Source: Eledone cirrhosa (taxonomy: Eukaryota). From it: DNA of 64,000 bases. The translations under genes were made by a program, and so were the position numbers. Shown here one piece after another: positions 28,427-41,954 of this stretch. The notes under the pieces were generated by a model, which was given only the letters and a program-made list of their open reading frames with translations, searched no databases and was not told the origin of the DNA. The stretch lies in contig OZ024742.1 in the NCBI GenBank assembly GCA_964016885.1, positions 324,818,001-324,882,000 of the forward strand, in the 5' to 3' direction. Positions within the stretch are counted from its first letter, which is position 1. The number at the start of each line of letters is the position of its first letter.

Positions 28427-28732
28427 TATATATATATATTGAAAGAGTGAAGAATAACATGATCAACAGTACAAAAAAGGGTTTTATTTACAGTCTTAAC
28501 AATTGATTCACTGATTAAGTTGTCTAAAAATTGCTGAACACTTGGAGCTCTACCACTCAATTTTAAATAAGTTGTCAGCTTAACCAGATCATCGGAGAAA
28601 TATATATATATACATACACACACAAACGCGCGCGCACACACACACAAACGCGCGCGCACACACACACGCACACATATATATATCTATATATATAAAACAA
28701 AGAAGGTGTGATAAGATACCACGTGCGTAATT

Positions 28733-28850
28733 GAAAAGAGTTAGGACCCGGACGGCTGAGCCCCGGCCGTTTCGACAGCTAGATCTATCAGTTCAGATCT
28801 AGCTCTCAAATCGGCCGTAGCTCAGCCGTCTGGGTCCTGACTCTTTTTCT
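28733..28850. repeat. Fold-back of family C (also at 6128-6190 and 19612-19677) with an HHR 3' half
   Basis: Minus strand reads CTGATAG-atctagctgtc-GAAA-cggc cggggctca gcc-GTC. Stem III and the GUC site are good, the core is imperfect, and stem I was not found. Confidence 0.7.
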
Positions 28851-28854
28851 ATGC

Positions 28855-28897
<43 letters not shown>

Positions 28898-28956
28898 GTA
28901 ATAATAATAAATTTGAAGACTACAATCGAAAGAGGGCTCGATAAGGATAAATATAT

Positions 28957-29035
<79 letters not shown>

Positions 29036-29089
29036 CGTTTCTGAATTTGTTTAGCAAGATTCTTTATCTGAAATCGTGTGTTGAAACCG

Positions 29090-29609
29090 ATATTGTTATA
29101 CTTTGGGAGGGTCATGTTGCCAATAAGAAACACACGCACCAGTTGCTTTCACTTCAATTTAATTTAATATATATTTATAAATTTACAAATTTATAAATTT
29201 CTGGTTGGTTGGTTGGTTCCACAACCAGATAGTTGTTTATATATATATAGTCATAGTTCTTTCGTCACACACTCTGTGACCTCTTCAGTGACTGGGGATT
29301 TCTTTCTTCGTTTCTGTGCCTTTCCTTTCTTCTATCCTACGCCATTTTGTTTGTGTGCAAAATGGCGTAGGATAGAAGAAAGGAAAGGCACAGAAACGAA
29401 GAAAGAAATCCCCAGTCACTGAAGAGGTCACAGAGTGTGTGACGAAAGAACTATGACTATATATATATAAACAACTATCTGGTTGTGGAACCAACCAACC
29501 AACCAGAAATTTATAAATTTGTAAATTTATAAATATATATTAAATTAAATTGAAGTGAAAGCAACTGGTGCGTGTGTTTCTTATTGGCAACATGACCCTC
29601 CCAAAGTAT

Positions 29610-29617
<8 letters not shown>
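29090..29617. ncRNA. 528-bp palindrome with two HHRs: 29249-29293 (-) and 29414-29458 (+)
   Basis: 260-bp arms with no mismatch seen and an 8-nt loop at 29350-29357. agtca-CTGAAGA(29419-29425)-g gtcaca gagtg tgtgac-GAAA(29444-29447)-gaa-CTA-tgact. Confidence 0.85.
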
Positions 29618-29647
<30 letters not shown>

Positions 29648-29843
29648 GTTGTGTATAACACATATAATTAAGTAAATCCGAATGTAGCTGACAGAGGAGA
29701 AAAACTGAATATTGAAGTAGAGTTTAAACTTTCATTTATTATTACTAAGTAGTGAGTCTTGTTACTCTGGAGTTTCCTCTGAGCACTTGCAGGATCACCA
29801 CACAAGAAAGTCCTGTGAGCAGAACATTGAAAATATTAATTAC

Positions 29844-30920
29844 ATTACGTTAGCATTGTGCGGATTATTTACTTCTACTGTTTTTACAATTCATTTGAAA
29901 ATGGAGGGGAATAGGATTCATTACCGTCATTTGATGCTCTCTTATTTCTGGAAAGGAGTAACATGCTGCACAAACAGCGAACAAGATATATGTTGTTTAT
30001 GGAGATAGTGCCATAGATGGTTATACTGTTAGCATGTCTTTCGCTAGGTTTAGAGCCGGAACCTTCGACCTCGAAGACCGTGCACATTATGGCAGGTCTA
30101 TAGTTGTTGATAATGACCAAAAAGAGACTTTAATCGAATATAATCCAGGTAAAACAACGCTAGACATCGCAGAGATACTTCACATATCTCATATAAGCGT
30201 TAAAAGGTATTTGAAAACACTTGAATCTGTGCATCGCTATAATGTTTGGGTGCTCCATAATTTAACGGAAAACAATTTAATAGAGCGCATTGCCATCTGC
30301 AATTATCTTCTCAAACGAAACCAATCCATTTCTGAAACGAATGATCACGAGTGATGAAACATTGATTATTTACGACAATGGAGCGTGTAAGAGAACGCAG
30401 AGAAAACCAAATGAACCAACTTCAACCATTTTAAACGCCGGCCAGTATCCGAAGAAGGTAATGCTTTCTATCATGAGACCCTTTCAGGAAATCAGACGTT
30501 AAATTCGGACTGAATATTTTTGTTTAGACCGATTAAAGGAGGCAATCGATGAATTCGGTGTGGTCATACATGAGGATAATATTAAACCACATGTATCTTT
30601 GCAGACCTGCAGAAATTGGTACAGCTTGTCCTACCACACCCAGAGTATACACTTGGCTTCGGATTATCATCTATTTCGATGCCTTCAACACATTCTATAT
30701 GGGAAGAACTACGATTATTTAGAAGACTGCAAAATCCAGCAAGACCAGTTAATGACGCCAAAACATGCCGAGTTTTGGTTGGATGGCATCATGACGTTGC
30801 TTGAAAGATAGTGGAATAAAGTGGAAAAAAACGTGGTTGAATAAAGCTATGTACATCTATTTAAATATTGGTAATGGATTTCACTTAAAAAACGGTATGA
30901 ACTTTTCTTTCAACCCAATA
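29844..30920 (+). mobile_element. Decayed mariner DNA transposon
   Basis: RFRAGTFDLED, YNVWVLHNLTE, FLKRMITSDE, HEDNIKPH, LASDYHLF. The 3' TIR-like end is ..CAACCCAATA (30920); the 5' TIR is degenerate. Confidence 0.85.
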
Positions 30921-30924
30921 CACA

Positions 30925-30993
<69 letters not shown>

Positions 30994-31042
30994 TGGTATA
31001 TATATACATACATATGTATAGATACATACATATATATATATG

Positions 31043-31129
<87 letters not shown>

Positions 31130-31130
<1 letters not shown>

Positions 31131-31790
31131 GATATCCACGGTAAGTTGTGGGGTCTAGTCTGCATGAAGAACTCAATGTAATCCATATGTTGAAAATGTT
31201 GTAGTTTAAAATAAATCCCGGAAAACAATAAAACATTAAAAGGAAAACAGAGTCATGATATAAGTTAAAATAATGAAATAAAAAGACAAGTCATTAGAAA
31301 TATACTTCACTGCCTTACGATCGTTTCTAGGTGATGATAATACATCGTAACTATACTTCGTTATCGATCTATGTAAGGTTAGTTACAAAATATCAAATAA
31401 GGAGAACATTTACTTACATGCATATCACCAGCTGTTGTCAAAAGCAATAATAATTTTATTCAAAATTAGTATTAGATTAGTAGTAAGTTTAGTTCTATGA
31501 CCTTATTTGGAGGTAGCTGAAGAACTAACCAATCAGATTGTTTTTTCCATATGATGTTAAGATGAAAAATAATTCACTTTAGTTGAGGTCATGACCCTTT
31601 GAAAGGAATGGTTGAATGGTATTAATAATAGAATTGCTATAAAACATCTATTAGGAAGAAAGGGATTGTCAAATTGATAGTTGAATGTATATGGTATATC
31701 GAAGTTTAAAGGGAATGTAAACATTAAATGTTGGGTTGTGTTGTATGGAGTTTTTAGGTGAATATAAATTAAGGTCATGATTAGGAAAGA
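31130..31790 (-). mobile_element. Old PLE-type 3' end with a decayed HHR (about 31307-31450)
   Basis: Minus strand reads ttattgctt-TTGACAA..catcacc ta-GAAA-cgatc-GTA-aggcagtga. Shares ctagaaacgatcgt and atgaagaactcaatgta with the 41531-41870 element. Confidence 0.5.
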
Positions 31791-31821
31791 CAGTATATTA
31801 AAAGATGAAAATTACAATGAG

Positions 31822-32010
31822 ATAATTGTTTCTACTCTTGGCACAAGGCCAACAATTAACCAGTACATTACTGGTACTTTATTTTATCGACCCCGTGAGG
31901 ATGAAAGCCAAAGTTAACCTTGGCGGGATTTGAACTCAGACCATAAAGGGCCGTAACTCTTTGCTGCAAAGCATGGCGTCCGAATCTCTACTGATACTGC
32001 AAATCCACCA
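31822..32010 (-). mobile_element. tRNA-derived SINE (main family)
   Basis: Same core and B box on the minus strand. Confidence 0.85.
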
Positions 32011-32431
32011 ATATGATATAATATAACACAGTACGGTGTAGTAAATTGTACTTAGTATAATACAGCGTATGATGCGCCTTAAAATACTTTCAAGTATGTC
32101 TATGTATAAATAATCAAACTCAGATAAATGCATGTTGACATAGTCAAAATGCATACATTTTACAGATCACACATTGCATATACTCACATTATAGATAGAG
32201 GTATAGTTATATTGATACTCAATTAAAAATATACATACGCATAAATAGATGCAAACATATACATACATCTACACATGTGCACACAATCATATACACATAT
32301 ATTTATATATATATATATCTACATATACACACCTATACACACATATATATATATATGTATGTACACACACATACATAGTACACACACACATATAAAAACA
32401 CTCATACACATATACTCGCATATACACACAT

Positions 32432-32536
<105 letters not shown>

Positions 32537-32739
32537 CATATCATACATACATAGATACATATTTACTCATGCAATTACGGGTGGTTGTGTACCTTGTTGC
32601 CTTTAGTCATTAACGCATAAATCTAAGGAAGCTAAAAAATTAAAAGGTAAGAAATAAGCATGAATGCATATAATTAGGGGAAAGGGGTACTAATAAATGT
32701 TACACTATATAGAATTATAGTGAGTTGCTATTTAGAATA

Positions 32740-33330
32740 TTTAATTAGGTTTATAGTATTTAACTGTTTTTCGTATACGGTGATTACAAACTATAATCAG
32801 TCCTGTCTTTTATTCAATAAATCGTCCTTAGATTTAGTAATTTCCAAGATCTCCCCTGAACATAACATGCATTCCCTCCTGTTCCCAAAATATGGAGTTC
32901 TTTGTAGAATGGTGTTCCACGACAGCTTGAAATCTATTTTTTTCTTTTTATAGTTATTTACTGCTTCAGCTAAATATGTGGTGTTAGCTAGTTTAGTATT
33001 GTTAAAACTACTAGAGTGTGCGTAAAATCTTTTCTTAAATGTGTTTGATGTAGATCCTATATATGTTTTGTTGGAGTCTGTAGTAGACACAGTGCATTTA
33101 TATATTACATTATTAATCAAACAGTTGCCATTTAAGGGGAAAATGCTTCTAATTCTGCAATTACAACCATACGCAAGATGGTTGTTGGGGGTACCTTTAC
33201 CATTCGCATTAATCCTTGAGGTATTCCTATTGTAATTAATGTTAGCGGGAGAATGAATATTGCTTTGTGGGTGGTTTAGTGCTAGGGTTGTATTGAGATT
33301 GTGTTATGTTGTTTTTGTGTTGGTAATTTG
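32740..33330 (-). pseudogene. Penelope-like GIY-YIG 3' fragment
   Basis: GCNCRI..PLNGNCLINNVIYKC..TYIGSTSNTFKKRFYAH..CMLCSGE..LLNKR is the same motif series as at 17593-18110. 5'-truncated at (TA)n. Confidence 0.85.
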
Positions 33331-33389
<59 letters not shown>

Positions 33390-33552
33390 ATAATAATAAA
33401 TTTGAAACTGTTCCTCGGATGAACGGCCTGTTCCTTTGCTACGGCCCTTGATAAACCTGTTCTACATCATCCACTTTCATCCCAGGAACAGTTTTTGATA
33501 GCGCTAGTTTGTGATTTAAATTCAGGAATTTTATATTCTTTGAATGAAAAGA

Positions 33553-33636
33553 ACCTTCTGACGAGAATCTTTCTTTGCAACGAAGGCCGTATGGTCTCCG
33601 TTTTATTTTTGGGATTCGAAACCGATCGGTAAAGGT
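33553..33636 (+). ncRNA. Type I hammerhead ribozyme, copy 1
   Basis: acctt-CTGACGA(33558-33564)-gaatctt..gggattc-GAAA(33618-33621)-palindromic ACCGATCGGT-GUA site(33629-33631)-aaggt. Confidence 0.88.
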
Positions 33637-34035
33637 AACTATAGTAGGTAAAGTCAATTTTTAAAAATTTATTTTGAAACTTTTTCATTGTTTACTAAAC
33701 CTTGTTTATATTTGTTCTGGCTCGTTAATTTATTAACCCGCCATTGAACCACACTGGCATTTGGTTGGACAATACATGCGTACCTTGGCGCCTTGTGCGT
33801 GAAGGGACGTATTTCATATTACTACTACCTCCACTAACGTTGAGAACAAACCTGGTCATTCCGACTGCTGCTAGTAATAGCTGTGGCTAGTTTGACCTAC
33901 CTCCTTTTGCCTCTATCTTTGCTACGGCCCTTGATAAACCTGTTCTACATCATCCACTCTCATCCCAGGAACAGTTTTTGATAGCGCTAGTTTGTGATTT
34001 AAATTCAGGAATTTTATATTCTTTGAATGAAAAGA

Positions 34036-34119
34036 ACCTTCTGACGAGAATCTTTCTTTGCAACGAAGGCCGTATGGTCTCCGTTTTATTTTTGGGATTC
34101 GAAACCGATCGGTAAAGGT
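34036..34119 (+). ncRNA. Type I hammerhead ribozyme, copy 2
   Basis: Identical to copy 1. CTGACGA 34041-34047, GAAA 34101-34104, GTA 34112-34114. Confidence 0.88.
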
Positions 34120-34292
34120 AACTATAGTAGGTAAAGTCAATTTTTTAAAATTTATTTTGAAACTTTTTCATTATTTACTAAACCTTGTTTATATTTGTTC
34201 TGGCTCGTTAATTTATTAACCCGCCATTGAACCACACTGGCATTTGGTTGGACAATACATGCGTACCTTGGCGCCTTGTGCGTGAAGGGACG

Positions 34293-34339
<47 letters not shown>

Positions 34340-34341
<2 letters not shown>

Positions 34342-35475
34342 AAATTAAGATATATTAAATTAAATTAAATTAAATTAAATTAATGGTGTCCTGCCGGATA
34401 GACATGCACCATATCACCCGTAAAATATGCTCCAAAATTCTAATGAATAGATCCGAGCATTTTATATCAACTAGAAATTGATTGACAAATAAACATATGA
34501 AACAATCACAGGGGATAATTTGTAAAAGTGTGTAAGCACACATAGCTAGGTAGGTAACTAAATAAAGTTTAACTAGAACTTCAAAAATAGATACCTTATA
34601 AAATGATTAATCTTCTTTGTATATATTCCATTAAAGAAATATATTTAACCAATTAATCGATTGGTAAATTGGATTTTCAACAGGGAAGAGGTCCAACAAT
34701 CTGTGTTTACGCATCACATTCAAATCAGCGACTGGCTAGTAACACGTGCTGTATTTACTAAAATACACACATCAGACCAGCTTCGTCCCGGTGGCGTGAA
34801 TAGGGTTATCGACAACTAGCTACCTACCTAGCTATGTGTGCTTACACACTTTTACAAATTATCCCCTGTGATTGTTTCATATGTTTATTTATATGTCAAT
34901 CAATTTCTAGTTGATATAAAATTCTCGGATCTATTCATTAAAATCTTGGAGCATATTTTACGGGTGATATGGCGCATGTCTATCCGGCATGACACCCTTA
35001 ATTTAATTTAATTTAATTTAATTTATCTTAATTTTGGATATATATAAATACGGCTCCTTAATTGTAGAGCTAACTTAGTTGAAAGGACTTGACTGCTGTT
35101 TCTAGTTGTCGATAACCCTATTCACGCCACGGGGACGAAGCTGGTATGATGTGTGTATTTTAGTAAATACAGCACGTGTTACAAGCCAGTCGCTGATTTG
35201 AATTTGATGCGTCAACACAGATGGTTGGATCCCTTCCTTGTTGAAAATCCAGGATCTGGCTACTGTCGTTTACCAATCGATTAATTGGTGAAATATATTT
35301 CTTTAATGGAATATATACAAGAAAGATTAATCATTTTATAAGGTATCTATTTTTGAAGTTCTAGTTAAACTTTATTTAGTTACCTACCTAGCTATGTGTG
35401 CTTACACACTTTTACAAATTATCCCCTGTGATTGTTTCATATGTTTATTTATGTCAATCAATTTCTAGTTGATAT
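34340..35475. repeat. Inverted plus permuted repeat: A-B-C | B'-A'-spacer-C'-B'
   Basis: 34821-35036 is the reverse complement of 34340-34556, and 35102-35475 is the reverse complement of 34464-34819. Direct repeat 34821-34917 / 35381-35475 has a period of 560. Confidence 0.88.
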
Positions 35476-35508
35476 GTATACATATATATATATGTGGATA
35501 TATATATA

Positions 35509-35552
<44 letters not shown>

Positions 35553-35597
35553 TAAACAAATAATGAATAAACAATTCCTTATATTAAACAAAAAAAG

Positions 35598-35751
35598 TTC
35601 ATTATTTAACGATCGTTTCTAGGATATATATGTGTTAGAGTTGGCATGCATATTCAACAGATCTATGTACAAAATTATACAAAATTATACAAACTATCAA
35701 GATTAAATATACATACCAACACATATATACGCCGTCTTCAGAAATAATGAA
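35598..35751 (-). ncRNA. Type I HHR with 115-nt stem II (left arm)
   Basis: Mirror of 41531-41684, with TCTTCAG at 35735-35741. Confidence 0.75.
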
Positions 35752-36401
35752 ATATATTTATTGATAATAACAACAATTCAAACTTTCAGGTCCGTTTGGG
35801 AACAAAATTGACCAATGAAAATACAAAAGGTTTAATGCCGTTCGGTGTGTGTATATACATGTAATAACCCTTACACATATTTTACAAAAATGTATGCACA
35901 ACCTGTATACTCATACAAAAAGGATGGATGCAAATACAAAATTTCAAGGTTAATGTCTCTGTAAGTTTATAATGCACAGATAAGATGCGTATAGATACAT
36001 AAATATGAAATAAGTGTATACACATATTTTCACACTAACACATATCCGTACAATCACACATACACGCGCGTATATGCATAAACATACACATAAACTACAA
36101 ACATACAAACACACACACACCACCACTCACATATATATATGTGGATATAAAATCCTAAGCACATGGATATTAATTCACTCACATAAGCACTGGCACACAC
36201 ATTTAGATAAAGATACAGAAATTAGGTGGGAGGGGGGGGGAGAGGTCAATATTCAACGGTTTGGGCTGCCTGCTTAATATAGATGTATCTATAAACTAAG
36301 AAAATAAAAAATAAAAAATAATAATAATAAATAATAAATAAACATTAAAAAGGAAAGAAAAGAAAAAGAAAAAAGAAAAAAGAAAAAAGAAATATATCAA
36401 G

Positions 36402-36432
<31 letters not shown>

Positions 36433-36646
36433 CCATATATATATATCTATATATATATATACATACATATATATATACATACACATACATACACACACAC
36501 ACACACATATACATATACACATACACATATACAAACACATACATACATATACACACATCCACACTTAGAACATAACATACACACACATATATAAACATAT
36601 ACATATACACACATAGATACAAATACACACATACATATAAATACAC

Positions 36647-36729
<83 letters not shown>

Positions 36730-37026
36730 CATACACTCATACATAGGCATATAATCACACATACTATATAGACACACATATATATACACACATACATACA
36801 CATATACCTACACTTACATACATATATACATACAGATATACACATACATACCTATATATACACACAAATACATACAGACATATATACATACATACAGACA
36901 AATACTTACGCATCTATATATCGGTATATACATACAAACACCACTACACTCTCACACAACTCAGACATACAAAGAAAAAGGTATATACCCATACACATAT
37001 ACATATACAAATAGAGAAACATATAC

Positions 37027-37085
<59 letters not shown>

Positions 37086-37302
37086 CATACATATACATAT
37101 ACACATACACACATACACATACAAACACATACATACATGTACACACACATAGATATATATACACACACATACACACATACACATACATATATAGTCATAC
37201 ACACACATACACCTACACGAACATACACATACACATATACAAAGATATATATACACACACACACCCACATACACACACACACATATATATATAAAAAAAT
37301 AA

Positions 37303-37361
<59 letters not shown>

Positions 37362-37994
37362 CATACACATACATACACACATACATAGACATATATGTAC
37401 ATACATACATATACATAGATACATACACATACATACATACATATATATATACACACATAGACATATACATACATACACACACAACATACATACACACATA
37501 TATACTCATACATAGAATTAGATATATAAACATACATACATACGCACTTACATATACTCATATATACCAATACAAACGCATCCATATATGCGTATATACA
37601 TAGAAACACCACTACACCCTCACCCAATTCAGATATACAAAGAAAAAGGCATATACATATACATATATACACGCATCAATAGAGATATATATACACACAT
37701 ATATATATATATATATATATGTGTGTACACACATACACTTATATACATATACCCACACACACATACAACCATAAATACACATACAAACACCCACATATAT
37801 AAATATATACACATATATATATATATACACACACATAAAAGACAGACATGCACACATATATATTTTTTTACACATATATATACACATATATATACATATA
37901 CACACCCTCACATATACACATACACATAAGTTATATTATAATAATAAATAATATACATACATACATACACACACATATATATATATACATATAC

Positions 37995-38047
<53 letters not shown>

Positions 38048-39255
38048 CAGACATACACATACACATACATATACACACATGCATATATACACACATATAC
38101 ACATACATACACACATATATATATATACACACAATCATACATTCTTATTTGCATGCGCATATATGTATTTTTATATTCAGATATAAATACCCAAATATAT
38201 ATACACCTACCTACATATATATTCATACATACACGCTTATAAACACAGATGATAATAGTATGGGGGAAAGGGGGGGGTTGGAGAAGGGGATTATAGTAAA
38301 TATATGATGTTTCAAGAAACATAGAATATTATCTGTATCTAGATCCAATGTATGTTTATACATAGTATCAGTGATAGGAAATACAATAAACAAGGAATAA
38401 GGCAAAATTTATGCAATTCAAAAAAAATAAGTATACCATTAATTATATGTTAACTAAACTAAAGATAGTTAACATATTGATTTCTAAGGTGTAAATTAGT
38501 TAGGTTTATAATATTTGAAGCAGAATTTTGAAGTTAAATAGTAGTAGAGTATTAATTATAGTATAACTAAATTAAAGTTAATAACTTTATGGTATCAATA
38601 TTAGGAAATGAATTTAGTAATAGGGAAAAAACAAATAAAGTATTACATCGGTAGTAGAATATAAAATATAGGTTAATTAAATTAAAAATTATATATTTAT
38701 TTCTATAGTATATGTTAATTAGGTATATAATAAATAAAACAGATATTGTATTTTATCAATAGCAGAATATAATTATATGCAAATAGAAATCAAAATTAAT
38801 ACATATACATATACATATACATACACATATATATATACACATATATATACATATATATACATATATACACATATACATACGCACATACATACACATACAC
38901 ATATACATATACATATTTTTATATGTGTATATATATATATATGTATATGTATATATATATATGTGTGTGTATGTATGTATGTATATGTGTGTGTGTGTAT
39001 ATATATGTATGTCTCTCTATTTATATGTATATCTTCGTATCTATGTGGATATATGTGTGTGTGTGCATGTATACACATATATGTGTTTATGTGTTTATGT
39101 GTGTATGTATATATATGTGTGTATGCACACACATGTATATGTGAATGTGTGTATGTGTGTGTGTGTATATGTATGTGTATATATGTATGTATATATATCT
39201 ATGTGTGTTTATATGTCTATATTCATATGTGTGTGTGTGTATATATATGTATATG

Positions 39256-39288
<33 letters not shown>

Positions 39289-39897
39289 GTATGTGTATAT
39301 ATATATATATTATTTATTATTATAATATAACTTATGTGTATGTGTATATGTGAGGGTGTGTATATGTATATATATGTGTATATATATGTGTAAAAAAATA
39401 TATATGTGTGCATGTCTGTCTTTTATGTGTGTGTATATATATATATATGTGTATATATTTATATATGTGGGTGTTTGTATGTGTATTTATGGTTGTATGT
39501 GTCTGTGGGTATATGTATATAAGTGTATGTGTGTACACACATATATATATATATATATATGTGTGTATATATATCTCTATTGATGCGTGTATATATGTAT
39601 ATGTATATGCCTTTTTCTTTGTATATCTGAATTGGGTGAGGGTGTAGTGGTGTTTCTATGTATATACGCATATATGGATGCGTTTGTATTGGTATATATG
39701 AGTATATGTAAGTGCGTATGTATGTATGTTTATATATCTAATTCTATGTATGAGTATATATGTGTGTATGTATGTTGTGTGTGTATGTATGTATATGTCT
39801 ATGTGTGTATATATATATGTATGTATGTATGTGTATGTATCTATGTATATGTATGTATGTACATATATGTCTATGTATGTGTGTATGTATGTGTATG

Positions 39898-39976
<79 letters not shown>

Positions 39977-40194
39977 TTATTTTTTTTTTATATATATGTG
40001 TGTGTGTGTATGTGGGTGTGTGTGTGTATATATATCTTTGTATATGTGTATGTGTATGTTCGTGTAGGTGTATGTGTGTGTATGACTATATATGTATGTG
40101 TATGTGTGTATGTGTGTGTATATATATCTATGTGTGTGTACATGTATGTATGTGTTTGTATGTGTATGTGTGTATGTGTATATGTATATGTATG

Positions 40195-40251
<57 letters not shown>

Positions 40252-40548
40252 GTATATGTTTCTCTATTTGTATATGTATATGTGTATGGATATATACCTT
40301 TTTCTTTGTATGTCTGAGTTGTGTGAGAGTGTAGTGGTGTTTGTATGTATATACCGATATATAGATGCGTAAGTATTTGTCTGTATGTATGTATATATGT
40401 CTGTATGTATTTGTGTGTATATATAGGTATGTATGTGTATATCTGTATGTATATATGTATGTAAGTGTAGGTATATGTGTATGTATGTGTGTATATATAT
40501 GTGTGTCTATATAGTATGTGTGATTATATGCCTATGTATGAGTGTATG

Positions 40549-40629
<81 letters not shown>

Positions 40630-40843
40630 GTGTATTTATATGTATGTGTGTATTTGTGTCTATGTGTGTATATGTATATGTTTATATATGTGTGTGTATG
40701 TTATGTTCTAAGTGTGGATGTGTGTATATGTATGTATGTGTTTGTATATGTGTATGTGTATATGTATATGTGTGTGTGTGTGTGTATGTATGTGTATGTA
40801 TATATATATGTATGTATATATATATATAGATATATATATATGG

Positions 40844-40874
<31 letters not shown>

Positions 40875-41530
40875 CTTGATATATTTCTTTTTTCTTTTTT
40901 CTTTTTTCTTTTTTCTTTTTCTTTTCTTTCCTTTTTAATGTTTATTTATTATTTATTATTATTATTTTTTATTTTTTATTTTCTTAGTTTATAGATACAT
41001 CTATATTAAGCAGGCAGCCCAAACCGTTGAATACTGACCTCTCCCCCCCCTCCCACCTAATTTCTGTATCTTTATCTAAATGTGTGTGCCAGTGTTTATG
41101 TGAGTGAATTAATATCCATGTGCTTAGGATTTTATATCCACATATATATATGTGAGTGGTGGTGTGTGTGTGTTTGTATGTTTGTAGTTTATGTGTATGT
41201 TTATGCATATACGCGCGTGTATGTGTGATTGTACGGATATGTGTTAGTGTGAAAATATGTGTATACACTTATTTCATATTTATGTATCTATACGCATCTT
41301 ATCTGTGCATTATAAACTTACAGAGACATTAACCTTGAAATTTTGTATTTGCATCCATCCTTTTTGTATGAGTATACAGGTTGTGCATACATTTTTGTAA
41401 AATATGTGTAAGGGTTATTACATGTATATACACACACCGAACGGCATTAAACCTTTTGTATTTTCATTGGTCAATTTTGTTCCCAAACGGACCTGAAAGT
41501 TTGAATTGTTGTTATTATCAATAAATATAT

Positions 41531-41684
41531 TTCATTATTTCTGAAGACGGCGTATATATGTGTTGGTATGTATATTTAATCTTGATAGTTTGTATAATTT
41601 TGTATAATTTTGTACATAGATCTGTTGAATATGCATGCCAACTCTAACACATATATATCCTAGAAACGATCGTTAAATAATGAA
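41531..41684 (+). ncRNA. Type I HHR with 115-nt stem II (right arm)
   Basis: ttcattattt-CTGAAGA(41541-41547)-..tatatatgtgttgg..ctaacacatatata..-GAAA(41663-41666)-cgatc-GTT-aaataatgaa, with a perfect 10-bp stem I. Confidence 0.78.
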
Positions 41685-41872
41685 CTTTTTTTGTTTAATA
41701 TAAGGAATTGTTTATTCATTATTTGTTTAATATTTTATCTTGACTCTGTATACCGTTTATCTTTCACCGAAAGTGATTTTTCATTACATTTCTTCTTTCC
41801 ATGATATCCGGAATACATTGAGTTCTTCATACGGATTGGACACTACCGTAAACTCTTGGTAGATTTATCTAC

Positions 41873-41954
<82 letters not shown>

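Larger units (their letters stand above)
33434..34302 (+). mobile_element. Tandem 483-bp-period repeat with two intact HHRs (retrozyme-like or tandem pLTR)
   Basis: 33434-33819 equals 33917-34302 with 3 differences seen. (TA)n lies on both sides. Confidence 0.9.
35544..41738. repeat. Large inverted repeat, about 2.4-kb arms and 1.35-kb spacer
   Basis: About 35544-37955 versus 39309-41738. Mirror ORFs 36014+/40984- and 36944-/39587+. The arms differ mainly in microsatellite length. Confidence 0.92.

Noticed and set aside
29213-29494. Near-identical ORFs on both strands (also 49820/50731 and the direct pair 33439/33922)
   Set aside because: They follow from palindromes or duplications and show no protein motifs.
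36296-40938. Many long YI/CV/HT-repeat ORFs here and throughout the window
   Set aside because: They are stop-free translations of dinucleotide repeats, not proteins.
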